A stretch of 64,000 nucleotides of DNA from the human T2T-CHM13v2.0 reference genome, Homo sapiens. The stretch is taken from NCBI RefSeq assembly GCF_009914755.1, contig NC_060934.1; one strand, given 5' to 3'. This document shows, piece after piece, positions 11,051 to 25,714 of this stretch; position 1 is the stretch's first letter, and each line of letters opens with the position of its first letter. The position numbers were made by a program, and so were the translations under genes. The notes under the pieces are model-generated. The model saw only the letters and a list, made by a program, of their open reading frames with translations, had not been told where the DNA came from and made no database searches.

Positions 11051-14000
11051 TTGTCCTTATTGGTTATGCTATACTTCCTTGTAGCTAAAGGAAATGAATA
11101 AATTATAATAACAATTTCATTCTTTCATCTAAGGAAGACATGCAGAAAAATTCCTACGACAAATACATAGAAAGATAAAAGTTAGTCTTCTACTTTTAAC
11201 TTCCTTCTGTACCGGAAAGTGAGAATGTCTTCAGCGTTGTAAATTTTCACTAGGCATCATGATTTTTTTTTAGATCGGCATAATTCCCTTCTCTCATGAA
11301 AAGTTCCTCAGATTCCTAGTTTGTGATACTGTTTGGCATCCTCCAGCACTCTTGCTGGTCATGAAAAGTGGAACTGGAATTGGAGGAGCATTTATTTTTT
11401 TCCTTTCTCCCACAAAAGTCATAGGAACATAAACTTTTTGGAATTCTGAAAGTCCTTTTTGAAAAGAAAAATAAACAGAAATGAAATCAAGTATGAATCA
11501 CCTGTTTTGAGGTTTGGCGGAGGCTGATGTGGGCCCATGAATCACTCCTGTTGTGAATCTGGGTAAAGTTAGGCATATTTATGGCACCTAGTTTTACAGT
11601 AACCTCATTTAGAAATTGCTTTCCAGTTCATAAGGGCTTTTGCTTTGTAAATTGTCATAATTTTAATTTATTACGGAGAACAAAGTGTTAAACATAACCT
11701 CTAGGCACTGTTATTAGAATGAATGAATATTATTTTCAAATTGTTTATGTGCTATAAGAGATTCAATACATAAAGCTATAGTTATCTTGGACTTGTTATT
11801 AAGATTATTGCAGCTATTGAGGTTGTCTTCAATTCCCGTAGAAACTCTTTGGCTATGGGTTGAGAACAGATACATGAATGAAAAAATTTCATTTATCATT
11901 GTAATAAACCTGGAAAAGCTATAATTCTTAATCTTTTGTATTTAGTACTTTGCACAAATTTATAGCCTATTAAGTGAATTAGTTTTTCATATCACTTCTT
12001 TTCTCCTAACTTCATCAAAAGAAAGGAAAAAAAAATCTCTAAGTTTAGTTGTCTTAGAAGTTTATTTTAGAGCCAAAATCTAAACAGATAAATTAACTTA
12101 CTGGAAGAAAAATAGGTGGGGAAGAGTAACAAGTCCTGCTTGGCATGGATGGGTAGAACATTTGTGCTGTTCTTTTCAAGAGATTGTGCAAGAATTGCTA
12201 AGTGTATAAATTCTTTGATGCTGCCAAGGTCAGGGAAAAATATGTACATCTGCAAATAAGTACTGGTTATCAAAGTTAAAGCAGCTTTGATGAGGGGGGA
12301 GGTAGAGGAGGCAGTGTTAGTAACTGCCACTGCTTATTTAGTGTAGTTCTGTTCTCTCTCATTCTCTCTCTTCCTCCCTCCCTCCCTGTTTTGTCTTCTT
12401 TTTCTTTTTTGAAAATGTCTTCATTTTCTTAAAGACATGTGTTCTCCTTGGCTACATTTATGTACCTGGCAGCATCCCAAAGTTGAACACCAAATGCTAA
12501 GAGGATGACTGCCAGCTTTGCTCTATTTTTATGATTCCACAGCATGGCCATTTTCATTGAAAGTACATTGTCATCTGAGCTTTCTACTCTATGCTCCTGC
12601 CGCGTATAGCCCGGACTCGCGAACTGTTTACACTGATTTTTTTCCATAGGTTGCTGCGTTGCACACTTGTGTCCTTTGTGCAGAAAGTTGAGCTTTAGGA
12701 ATCCACAACTGTTTTTGGGATTTTCAAGCGCCATTATTCTTTGGGGTTAACCGGGAAGAACTTTGCAACTGATCAGGGATTTTGCTCACCAACATATGCT
12801 GTGGTTGTAACGAAATTATCCTGTAGCTTCTAACAGCTTCTAGAATACAAATCAGGATGACAAAATGGAATGAACCAAATATTTAACAGAAGGTTGCATG
12901 ACACTTTCAGAACATGGTATTCTAAACAAATTCCGTCGTCTCTCAGTACCTTGTTCTTGGTGCTGCATTTTTGGATCTTTTATATTAGTTCAAATTGGCT
13001 TTAAATGCAAATGATTAATCACAGAGGCACACAGTCTATTTTTTAGTTTTGTTTTGCAAAGACAGATTAAACTGCGATAATGATTACAGACTCCAGGCCT
13101 GCGTAGACTGATATGTTTAAGGTTGGATAAATCTTTCAGCCCTTAAATACTGGCCTGTTGCCTTGTTATGCTGTATGCGTCACAAACACACTATAAATAA
13201 TAATTCAGTAGATTTATTGCCACTGTGATTTCCTGTAAATTTCTTTTTATCTTATTATGGATTCACTTAGATTTTGTGAATGGCAGAGTCTGTTTGGTGT
13301 CCTAAGAACTCATCTTAAAGATATCAGTATAAAAATATTGACCTTTTTAAATAAAGAAGTCCCTTGTTTTTTCTGTAGGATAAGCCTGTATACTATTAAA
13401 ACATTTTACTTTTTTCTTTTTAGGAGATATAGGTACTTTAGAAAGTATTAAAACAAAATTTAGATTTTGCACTTCAACATATAATTAATTTTAACATGTC
13501 TCTTTGAACATAATTTTGGGGGAGAACAAGGGTTTGATTATAGAAAAAATCTTCCTCATTCATATATTATTTTTAGGTATTTGGAACACTTTATAAACTA
13601 GGCTTGATTAAGTGCTCTAGTTATTAAAATAATTTTGTGGATTGAGATTTTTTTATGTTTGCGTATATACTTTTCTATGAAGATACATCATTTTAAAACC
13701 AAGAATTCTTTCTGTAGTTACTTTTATTTTCTTCAACTCTCAGATATGCTTTGAATTACACTTTCCACCTATACCTCATTTTCTTCCATTTTTATTCATC
13801 TTCTGTTTGGTTAAACCATATAAAGTCTTAGAAGTCACGCAAACTGAATTAACCTTGCTAGATTGGTTGAAAGTTTATCTTGATTATCTAATATAAAGTA
13901 ACTAGCATAACTAGGAAAATAGAATTTCCTTAAATTCTGAATTTATAAAAAGCATGTGTTTCAGATGAATCATAAACTTTTAGGAGTACTACTGAAGATT

Positions 14001-15029
14001 ACTTACTTAGCTTAAAGTTAGTTATTCTTGTGTCTCAGGTCTTCCCAGGCATGGCATCTAAGGTGGTGGTCTGGTATGATCAAAGAATACTTCCCTCTTC
14101 CCTATTCTGTCACTTATAGATGTAAATATAGTCAGTTCCTTTCTCTCTTGTTTTGTTTCTGGAATCTTCACATTTGATGATTATCACATGCTGGAGAAGT
14201 CATTTTTGAGGGTTCAGTATTGAGACATAATCTCAAAAATATTTGCTATGGCTTAGTTCATTAAGTAAGTTTTCCAATTTTTGTCTCATCTTTAGTCCGC
14301 AATTGTGACCAAGCATGTGTGTCTGTTACAAAGACCTGAGTTGGTGAAAAAGGAATGGAGTCTCCCCCTACCCGCCTCAGAGCTGATCATGCTCCCATTC
14401 ACCATGTATTTATTGCAGTTGGAGGATAAAGAAGAGGGGAAAACAGGAAGATAATCCCAGAAGGATGGAAGAAGCTTTGTAGAGTCTTCCATTAATTCAT
14501 ATTTAGGAAAATGTAGTAAAAGTTCTTCAGGAAGTCCCTGTCCCCTGCCATTGCCTTGGCCATCTGTGTTATCCTTCCAAAACTGTCATCAGGTTCTAGA
14601 AAATTATTTTGGCTTCAAGCCTGACATCTCCATTAATATTTTCTTATATCCTTAGTATCTGTAGAAAAGTGCCAGCCTCCATTTCTTCTTTTGCATAGAG
14701 TATGGGGATTGTGTGATTGTTTAGACTTCTGTCAAGGTTACTTTGCCCTGACCATACTTTCTCCTCTTCCTGTCTCAGAGTCTGAACACTATGACCCTAC
14801 CAGCTTTTCCTTCTTGGAAAGCACATCTCTGAGCCAGGGGTCTTCTTTCTCTTGTAGGTGTAACCTTAAAGTTTAGTCCTATTCATGACCCCCATTCTCA
14901 TTGCCATGGAAAGATTTGTTGATTTCTTGGTGGTCCAGGTGCCGCATCTGAAAGTTGGAACATGGCAAATCTCTCTTTTTTTTTTTTTATAACAACTCCC
15001 CCTTCCCACCAAAACAAACAAGCAAATTT

Positions 15030-15327
<298 letters not shown>

Positions 15328-16509
15328 TTAATTTCATGACAGCCATGAATAGACACATGCATTTGTACATATATGTGTGTCAGTACGTGTTCTGTAACTT
15401 TTAGGTTTTCCTTTTATTCTTTTCTCTCTCATATTTAAAAACAAGGCTATATTTTACAATGTAATTATATACCTAAGTCAGTATCCTTCACAGTATGCTA
15501 AGATTATTTAGAAGTAATTTTATACTTCCATTTCTCATAGCACATTACCTCATCTATTGAGTTCTTGAAGTTATTACTTTAAGCTTATAGAAATTTAACA
15601 CCTAAAAGCATGAGAAATAAAGAGCCTCACTTAATGTTTCTCTCTGATAATTATAAGGAGAGCTGAAGCAAGGAGAAAACCCACATGGTAAGCCAGAATG
15701 CCCTGCTGTGGAATTATTACTTGTCAGGAAAAAAAAAAATCGAGGATCTGATGTCATCTCTGGCTGATTTGTTCAATGACGCGTACTCGTTCACCAATGT
15801 GTGGATCGTACTGAAGAACATTGTTTACTCTTTTCAAGGTCTGATTTCCAGTCATGCTGCTTTCTGAACAGAATGTGTTTAAGGAGTAAAGTCTAGAAAT
15901 CTCTAGGAAATATTTCTCTGTCAATTAGATTATTATTAACATCAGGGATCTGAACACGTGCATTTTGAAACCAATTCCCAGTGGATTCTCTATGACCTGG
16001 AAGAGCTCAAGGGGTCAGACTGGGTCATAAAAACCTTAGGTAAGAACCAGCTCCTAGGGAATTAGTAAACCAAGGCATGACTTACTTACATAACATCAGC
16101 CATTCATGAACCTGGAGGAAGTATGTGTTCATAGAGGTGCAAAAGAAAGCCCTGTGTGAGCCGAGAGGAAGTGATGTGTTACTCTGAATAGTGAGCATAG
16201 ATAGTTTTTGCACACTGATCGCAACATTGATGTAAAACAGTGGGGATGCACAGTGTGTTTCTGGGATGGTAAATACCGGTAGGCTCAGATTCTGGGTTCA
16301 TGGAGAAATGGATAGAAGAGATCGATGGATGGGTGCATGGAGTTTGGAAGCTTACAAGGGCACCAGGCCATGAAGGACCTCCAAGCCAGGATATATATGA
16401 AGCAGTGTGCTGGAGGGGATGAAAGGCTTACAGCATACACAGAGGTCGAAGAGTTGGAAAATCAAGCATCGTAAAGGAATCATTTGATAAAAGGTGGTAA
16501 AATAGTGGA

Positions 16510-16650
16510 CGCATGCTGACCATGTGCTAGCTACTCTAGTGAGTACTTTATTTGATCATTTGCACAACTCAGTGAGATGGATGATGTTAGTATCCCCGTT
16601 TAACAGATGATGAATGAAGACCTTGACAGATTAATTAATTGGCCTGAGTA
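16510..16650 (-). mobile_element. MIR fragment
   Basis: TATCCCCGTTTAACAGATGA core. Confidence 0.6.
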
Positions 16651-18267
16651 TATATCCTTATAAATATGTAGTATTTATTATATCAAATTGGTATACTCTT
16701 GGGAATGTTTACGTGTTTGTTGGGCAACAAGAGACTTTTCAACAACAGTGATACCTGAGATCTGGTAGAAAAGGGGGTGGTGATTCTAGACCCTTAGTGC
16801 AAAGCCACTGACCATGACCATGGGCATGAGGCACTAAGTCTTCGCCCCTGAGCCAGGACTTTGGCAATACCTTGGAAGAGGGTTGCATCCCAAGAGCTGA
16901 GTTGGCCTCAGGCAGGGCCGCAACACTGACATCAAGAAATCAGGGGGTCATCTGTTTCGTATTGAGCATATATCAAGAAACAGAGGTGTTCAGTTAGTGA
17001 ACCTACAGAAAGGTTATATAGGTGTTCATTGGACCATTCTTTTGCTTTTTCTACCGGTTTGGAACTTTTCAAAATTAATAGTGTGGTGCAGGAGGAAGTG
17101 GTAGAGTGGGTGGGAATGGACAGGGGCTAGGTCAAATAAAGGGCAGGAGTTCTGTGAGAGAGACCAGGACCCCAGAGCAGGGTTATTAAGGTTATGAGGT
17201 TGGTGCTTGGTTGACTGTGTAATCTACTGTGGCACGTGGAGAAGCAGTGCTTTCACTCATCCTAAGGCAGAGTGGAATTGTGGGAAGGGGAAGGGAGTTG
17301 TTGGAAGATTCCTTAGATGATGTCCTGCCTATCTGCCTCTTCAGAGATGTTTTGAGGGCCAAAGGGCAGGACTAAATCAGAGTTGGGAGGTAGAGGTTGA
17401 TGCTTTCTATTGGCAAGGTTATTACAGAGTTTTGCAGTTTTAAAAAGATCTTTGTAAACTTTTACGACAGATAAAATACCACCATGTGCAATCACAATGT
17501 AAACAGGTTTTCTACTAGATGTCAATTGAAGGTCACAGGGTTTAGAGCTGCAGACAGCTGTTTATCTTAAGTCCCTGTTGTGGCTTTTTCTGTGAACTTA
17601 TGTAAAGCCCTTTGAACCAGTGCCACTGACTAATAGACGTTTTCCCTTGCGCAGAAGTGGTCATTAGTGGTCATATAAGTTGAAAATCAGCCATTCTCTC
17701 TCTGCCTCAGGCCATTTGTTTGTGGGAGAGCAATCGTTGAAAGAAACTAGGTTATTTGGTTACCAAGAGACACTGCCCTTTACCATGAGTAATTACCCTC
17801 TTTTGGAAGAAGAATTGGTTAGTGTGTGTTAGACAATTCTGCAGGCAATGGGTCTTTGGGGAGATGTTTACAATATTCCTAGAAAAGAGGCCAAAACAAT
17901 TTTACTAACATTTTTCATTGTTTCTGGCTCTTGCAATTAATACAAGAAGCATGAACATCCTGAAGCTGTGATCTATAAGGCAAACGAGATAAACTGTATA
18001 ATAATGATGGTAGATTACACGTAGCCTGATTTCAAACCCAGATGTTTCAGCCCGGACATCTGTGTTTAGTCTTTTTTACTCAAAGCAGAAGAATAACTCT
18101 GGATTTAGGACTTGGAGGTGTCTACATTTTATTATGAAACTATTTCTCTGACCGTTTTGTGTGCGTGTGTATGTGAAAACTGCGTGGGAAACAGGCCAAA
18201 AATACACGGACTTCCTGACTCTGCTAGACTTTATTTGTACTAAGTTCTTGTCATGGGTTCTTACTGA

Positions 18268-18600
18268 CTCATTCATTCATTTATTCATTCATTTTTTTTC
18301 ACCAACATATGGAGTGCCTTTGCCAGGCAGTGGGCCAAATGTAGAACAAAATAACATGGTTCCTAGATTAAAATATTAAAGTATTGATGTACTCATGATG
18401 TGAAGTCCAGCATTACGAGTTCTGCAAAAGAGCTGAATACAAAAATGTGGTGGGTACTCAGGGAGGCGACTGATTAATTCTACTGTTGGGAAGAAGAGGG
18501 AGCATTGCCAAGAAAGTCATATTTGAGCTGGATATTGAAGAATGAGTTGAAATGTTCTAGGAGAAGAAATTGGGAAGGAATGCGTCATCCGAGAGCTCAT
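18268..18600 (-). mobile_element. L2 3' end
   Basis: (CATT)n followed by GAGTGCC..TGCCAGGCA, and GAGCTGGATATTGAAGAATGAGT. Confidence 0.6.
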
Positions 18601-18767
18601 CCTGTGGAAGGGCAGAGAGGAGGGATGGAAAGCGATGAGTTCCATCTGCTGCGGCTGGTGGCTGGCTGAGTCCAGATAGGTACAGTGCAGCCAACTCCTG
18701 AAGGTGTCGATGTCAAAACAGAGAGAAACGATGTCACTGCACCTGTGCCCTCTTTTGGAAGAAGGCA

Positions 18768-18969
18768 CAGGTTGAGGTGCAAAGGCACGATCTATCGCCC
18801 AGGCTGAAGTGCAAAGGCACGATCTCGGCTCCCTGTGACCTCCGCCTCCCAGGTTCAGGCGACTGTTGAGCCTCAGCCTCCTGAGTAGCTGGGACTCCAG
18901 GCGTATGTCACCATGCCCAGCTAATTTTTGTTTTCTAATAGAGACAGTGTCTCACCATGTTGGCCAGGT
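18768..18969 (-). mobile_element. Tail-less internal Alu fragment
   Basis: Right arm plus linker only. No poly(T), no TSD. Confidence 0.85.
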
Positions 18970-19610
18970 ACAGGTAGTATACCTGCAATATCGTGTTGCT
19001 TTTCTCAAGACCACTATTATGCCAGGGAAGTTGTTTATACATCTTTTGAAACACCTTATTTACATATACCAATTCTGAATAACCTGTACAGGAAGTAGTC
19101 TATCCCAGTAAACATCAAATAAGAGTGTATTTTTATAGCTTGCTCTATTAGTGTGGAACATTTTAAAGGGCAGTATGTTTATTAACAAATGCCACATGTC
19201 TTTTCATTTCCTTTGCAACTGACGTTAGATTGACCATAGATGTTTACATTTCTATGGTTTGAAGAGTTGTAAGTTTCTGGGTCCAAAATATTGTGTTCAT
19301 GTTAGATTTTAGATCGAAAGTAGTCTATTAAGAAAGTTATTTAGCTTAAAAATCAGGCTGTAAATATCAATTGATCTTATATTCGTAATATATATGACTG
19401 TATATGTACAAGTATACATCTGTTTCCTTCTATGGATGTCTTTAGGTTTACATTTAGAATGAATCTAGATTACTTATGTAAACTAATGTTATTATTAAGG
19501 TCATAAGTATTTCTAGGATAAATGAACAGTGACAAATCTTAAAAATTAAGACACTTCAATCCTGATTCAATTAATAATAATTCAATTAATAATACAGATA
19601 TTTATGAGGA

Positions 19611-19889
<279 letters not shown>

Positions 19890-20046
19890 TAAACTCATAA
19901 ATATTCCTAGATATGCTTAAGAGATTAGATACCCTTTATTATTTTGTGGATAGTTACTTGACCACCAGTTCTATTGGCTTGTGAAGTCTAGTCCAGGACA
20001 GAGGAGAGGAGAGTAAAAACCACTGAGGGCCCCAGGTGGCTCTAGA

Positions 20047-20264
20047 ATGGAGACAGGAGAAAAGAACATCACACTCTGGGGACTGTTGTCGGGTAGGGGG
20101 AGCGGGGAGGGATAGCATTAGGAGATATACCTAATGCTAAATGACGAGTTAATGGGTGCAGCACACCAACATGGCACATGTATACATATGTAACAATCCT
20201 GCACGTTGTGCACGTGTACCCTAAAACTTAAAGTATAATAATAAAAAATAAATAAAATAAAAAA
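20047..20264 (+). mobile_element. Young primate L1 (L1PA3/PA4-like) 3' end
   Basis: GGGATAGCATTAGGAGATATACCTAATGCTAAATGACGAGTTAATGGGTGCAGCAC..CCCTAAAACTTAAAGTATAAT plus A-rich tail. Confidence 0.92.
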
Positions 20265-20449
20265 GAAATGCACAGAGGAGGGAAGTGCTTTCAGGCCCCT
20301 AAATCCCCTGAATCTCCAAGTCTTCCCGTTTCCTCTCCCGCTCATTGAGAATAAGACTGGAAATCCTGGAAAGCCCTGGGCTGGCCCTCCAGCCTCCCTT
20401 GCTACTCCACCTGCACCCTGTTCTTCAAGGTGAAGGTACCTAGAATAAT

Positions 20450-20812
20450 TATTAGCTGCTTAAAAAAGAATGAAATCATGTCTTTCACAGCGACATGAGT
20501 GGAACTGGAGGGTATTATCCTGAGTGAACTAACTGAGAATCAGAAAATCAAACACTGCATGTTCTCACTTATAAGTGGGTGGGAGCTAAACAATGGGTAC
20601 ATATGGGCATAAAGATGGAAACAGTAGACACTGGGGCCTCCAAAAGGGGGAAGGGTGAGAGGGGAGGGGAGGGTCGACAAATTACTCATTGGGTACTGTG
20701 TTCACTATTGGGGTGATGAGTTCAGTAGAAACCCAAACCTTACCATCATGCAATATTCCCATGTAAGATACCTGCACAGATATTCCCTGAGTCTAAAATA
20801 AGATAAAAAACA
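20450..20812 (+). mobile_element. L1PB-like 3' end
   Basis: AAAAAGAATGAAATCATGTC..GCATGTTCTCACTTATAAGTGGG..CCTGCACA..CTAAAATAA. Confidence 0.85.
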
Positions 20813-21484
20813 ATAAAGGATAAAGGCACAATGATACAGCCTCGGGGAGGAGGGCCAGTGAGGGGAAAATGTTCACCAGTTTCCCTCTTACTGGGCTATT
20901 CAACCTTGCATCTCATCTCAGAAATGCTCGCATCGACTGTGCAAAATTGTCTTTATTTTATTCGAGGCCCTGCAACTCAGTACCTGCATGATCGGGGGAA
21001 GTTTTATCAACTCCAAATCTCAGCTCCTCTGGAAAGTGAGGATAATAATACAGAATGGCGCAGGGGGTAGCCGTTGGGGGGAGAAGTAGTTCAGCTTGCT
21101 CATAATCTCTATCATCACAAACAAATCTATAGTTTAAGGAAAACCAGAACATTCTCCAGGTAAGTGTAAATGCAGCTTTAAGACACGTGTCATATATTCA
21201 AGCAATTTTACAGCCCCAGTGAAAACCCTGTGTTTACTACACCAGTGAAGCTTCTCAGTAAGTTCCCCGAGGTCACCCCCGACCCCAACCCCATTGCAAG
21301 CAGTTTGTTGCCTTGAAACCCCTTTGGTGTGGAAATTCTGGTGAAGCCACTTAGGATAGAAACCTCTCTATCTTAATGAGTAATCATGCAGACATTCTAT
21401 ATTCCCTATTGCTGGGTTTTAAAAAAAATTGTTGTTTGTTTGCATTTTTTGTTCCCTTTTTACTTCTCCTGCAAAAGCAAACAC

Positions 21485-21636
21485 TGCTGGACATGATGGC
21501 TCATGCCTGTAATCATAGCAACTTGGGAGGTTGAGGCAGGAGGATCCCTTGAGCCCAGGAGTTCAAGGCTGCAGTGAGCTATGATCAAACCTGGGCAACA
21601 GAGCAAGACCCTGTCTCTAAAAATATAACTAAAAGA
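21485..21636 (+). mobile_element. Monomeric Alu (FRAM/FAM or AluJ recombinant) with small deletion
   Basis: Left-arm-like start, right-arm-like AGGCTGCAGTGAGCTATGATC, single monomer. Confidence 0.8.
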
Positions 21637-21843
21637 AAGCAAGCTTGGGAGGCTGTTAATGAGGCTGGAAGGACTGCTGCTGAATAAACCAACTAGTAGG
21701 AGAAGAATTCTTAATCACCAGATAACTAAGTAATTTTCCCCCCAAAATTGATTGAGCCAGTATCTTACTTAAAGAGCCTTCATTCTGCAAAAACAGATGA
21801 TTTCTTGATATCTTCATCTAGATTTACATCTTTCTTCCTTCTT

Positions 21844-21875
21844 TGTGTGTGTGTGTGTGTGTGTGAGTGTGTGTG
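21844..21875. repeat. (TG)n microsatellite, interrupted
   Basis: Read directly. Confidence 0.9.
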
Positions 21876-23147
21876 TTTTGTTGCTGTTGTTGTTTTATGG
21901 AGTAAGGAGCTAAATTTTGAATATATGAAGCACCTCACACTGCCACTTTTTTGTTCTCTGCTCTCAGGAGCTAAACATCCATTTTGTCCATTAAATTTTC
22001 CACATTTTACTGAAACATTTGAAAACCAAGCTCTAGGCTCTTTTTATCAATGGTTATTTTTCTTCTGATGCCGTGTGATCCTGGAAGATGGATTTAGGGC
22101 ATGTAATGGAAAATTAGCTAGATTATAGAACTCTGTTTTGAAAAGCAAATGTATTATTTTCCCAAATACAAGCTCCTTGTGAATGATTTTTAACTGTGGT
22201 TCCTTGACATAGGCCAATGATGTTGATTTGATTAAGGCTTGTGTTTCCCTGCAAAGACCTTATAAAATCTACTTGATCTTGGAACTTTTTAATACAGTCT
22301 AACAGCCAAGAAATTTTTAAAACAACTGTTTTCTTCTGTTTAGTTCATTTATAATCCTCATCTTATTAAGTATACATAATAAATGGTGGCTAGCTACTAG
22401 CCTAAATAACCTTATTATACTAATAATAGCTGTAATAGCATACAATTACAAAGAAAATCGAGCATGATCATACTGTTGCATTGGTGGTAATTTAAAAGGA
22501 AACTGATTCTTCTTTTTTATTATATTTTTGGCATATATATTTTTTAAAAAAAATAAGTTTAATTTAAAGATGATCAGAAGTCAATGGTATAGCTGTGGTT
22601 TGGTAGGGCTAGAAAAGTCTTGTGTACAATGAGTAATTCTTTTGTTCAGGAAAGAATTTACATGTTTACCAGATGATTTAACTTAAAATATATGCTACTC
22701 TCATTCTTGTTTTATGTTTACAAATAGGTTTCTTCTGATTACAAAAGGCATATAATACTCCCTTGAAAATAACCCAGAAAATAAAGATTGCCCATTACCT
22801 CACAACCCAGATCTATTTACATTTTAAAATAAAATGTAGAAAATTAGTGATAACAGGCATAATTGTACGGGAAAAATATTGCTCTCTGAATAAAGTCATC
22901 TGAGTTCAACCTCAATTTAGAGTACTTTGCCCATTCACTTTTAGGCTTTTGACCAAATGCTTATATTTTGTAAGGTAGGTGTTTCATACTAGGTAGCGGA
23001 GATTAACACTTTATTGGGAACTCATACTTCTTGGGTCACAGTGTCTTCTTGCTTGTCACTTGTAGTTACAGAACCAATCTTCCCACTTTTTCACATCCTT
23101 CCCCCAGAATTTCCCTATGCTGATCGTCTAAAAGAGGGAAAACAGGG

Positions 23148-23620
23148 TACATCAGTTAGAATTCTCTGTTGCAGGAGACCACAAACATGACTCAGGCTGG
23201 CTTTAAAGCAACAAGGACATTTATGGACTCATGTAACTGCAGAGCCCAGTTGTCAATAGCTCATTGATGTCATTGGGCAGCTGATGTCTTTCCATCTCTG
23301 GCCTCTACTGTCTTCCATGTTGGTTTCATTCTCAGCTCTAGGTGATGACAAGATGGCTCCCAACAGCTTTAGGCCCACTTTCTTCCTGGTTCATACTGCA
23401 GTGCACCTCATTGGCTCTGGTTGGATGATGGCATGTCCATGAACTAATCACTGAGGCTGGGGATCTGTGACCCACTGATGGGCCTGGCCCAAGCCATAAG
23501 TTCACTTTAGAGGTGGGAGAAAAATCAACTCCACACAAGGCTAAGAATGAGGAGGGGTGTTCCTCCTCAGAGGGCTATTTCTGGAGGAGGAATGAATGGA
23601 TGTAGGATGGTAACAAAAAG
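23148..23620 (-). mobile_element. Old MLT1 LTR (MLT1J/K/L-like)
   Basis: ATCAGTTAGAATTCTCTGTTGCA..CTGGCTTTAAAGCAA..ATTTATGGACTCATGTAACTG. Confidence 0.65.
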
Positions 23621-24621
23621 AACTGAGGTCCACTTTACAGAATGAATGAATGAAGTTGACCTGAGAGCTCTCAGATTCCTACAGATGGCTTAAGAAAATA
23701 CCAGACTCCAGGGAAAGGTGAAAGAATAAGTCCTTGCCATCCCTCCAGCCTTTTTCAAACTATAGTGCACCCTTTTCTATTTAGTAGAAGTGGATTCCTG
23801 ATGGCATTGAGAGTGAGTCTGTGAAAATATATCTTCCTGGGAATATACGTGTAAATATACTGGCATCGGAACATGCATTCAGAGTCATGTGTACTGCCTC
23901 TATATTTTTAAAATTTTCAATTCTTAGTCTTCGTGATAAAACCACGCCCCACTGCCATTAAAAATTAGAATGTTGGTGAGTTGTGTGTTTGTGTGTTGAA
24001 AAACCCTTGTGAGGACAAGAAGACTAACTAAATCAAATTTTTATAGTCTTAATGACATTTGAGCAGCACTGACGTGCTAGAGGGAAAACAGTTATGTTGG
24101 TTTTAGAAACCAATACGTTGTATTCTTGACAATGCTCTTTTAAGCTTGATTATAGTATTGTCACATTTTACCACAATACTAGACATCTTAGAGAAATTTA
24201 ATAACATGTTTGGGAATCTTACTAATTGGGGGAAATTAACATATTAAGATTTTCCATATATTTTTTAAAGTAATGATAATTCTTGCATGGAATCTTAATT
24301 CAATGGAAGAGAAGATTCATTTACCGCCTTGCAAGGTGCTCAAGACCGTGTGTGCTCTATTTGGTACCGCTGGCTGCATCATTAAACGCACACTCTGCCT
24401 ACCTGCAGAGAAAATCGCTGTTCTTGTTGTTTTTAGATCTTTGTAGTCATAATTGTCCATTATGTTTAACAGCACTGGAGATTTTGCAAGTGGAATTGGG
24501 TAGATCTGTTAAGGACATTCAGTCCTGTCTTCTGCCAGGCATTAGGGTCTCTTCTAGCATGTTTCACTCAATTTCTCCAGCCAAGAAATGTAGGGTTATT
24601 CTTTGGAAAGGGGATTGTGAT

Positions 24622-24868
24622 AAGTTAGGATATTTTGGTTGTAAGCTTCAGAATCCCATTTCAAAGTTGCATAGGCAACAAGAGATATGTTGCCACCCAT
24701 AACTGTAACAGTCAGGGGTATTCCTGGGCTGGGGGCAGGATGCTGCCTGGACTGTGTCTCCCCGCATGGGTATTTGATTCTCTATAACCCAAACCAGATT
24801 TCCCCATGCAGGCAGCAACATGGCAGTTGGAAGCTCCAGGCTCCCTTCTTCCCGGCTTTGATAGCAGG

Positions 24869-24899
<31 letters not shown>

Positions 24900-25165
24900 T
24901 ATTTGTTCTTCTTCATCCTTCTTAATTCCAGTTAAAAAAAAAAAAAAAAAGGAAGGACTCTTATTTGACTCACTTAGTTTACACACCACCGTTCACACAC
25001 CACCGTTTGGACTCATCTGTTTGGACAAGGATGAAGCACTCTGATGAACCAGTTGGGATCAAGTACCATCAGAGTTGGCAGCAGGGCACAATTCTGAGTT
25101 TAATGCAGAAAGGAGGGTGGGAATTGTTACCCGGAGAAGTCAAATACAATAAATAAAGATGTTGG
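24622..25165 (-). mobile_element. Old MLT1 LTR containing two long A runs
   Basis: AGTTAGGATATTTTGGTTGTAAG..CATAACTG. Resembles the 23.1 kb and 50.7 kb copies. Confidence 0.55.
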
Positions 25166-25427
25166 GCAAGCAGATTATTAGTGGCAATAACACACTTCTG
25201 TTATTACATCAATGCTTACATCAGTGTCTGCCCCTCACCCCCCACCCCACTATGTGCAGAGCAAAAGCTGACATTTCATAAATACTCTGTTTCTTCTCTG
25301 TGGAGCTAACTGATCCTCCTTTAGGCATATATCTAGATGAATAGTAGAGGAAACTAAGAAGGTAGAAAGTCTAGGACCGTGCGGGATTACAAAACCAGGA
25401 TCTTGGCATGTTTCAAGGGCAAAAAGT

Positions 25428-25714
25428 GGTGGGGCACAGTGTCCCAGGCCTGTAATCCCAGCACTTTGGGAGACTGAGGTGGGAGAATCACTTGAGGTCA
25501 GGAGTTCGAGACCAGCCTGGCCAACATGGCAAAACCCCGTCTCTACTGAAAATACAAAAAATTAGCCGAGTGTAGTGGCAAGTGCCTGTAGTCCCAGCTA
25601 CTCAGGAGGCTGAGGTGGGAGGATCACTTGGACTGGGGAAGTGGAGGTTGCAGTGAGCCAAGATCATGCCACTGCACTCCAGCCTGGGCGACACAGCAAG
25701 ACTCCTTCTCAAAA
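25428..25714 (+). mobile_element. Alu (old S/J), very short tail
   Basis: Full dimer with GGCAAAAAG on both sides. Confidence 0.88.
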
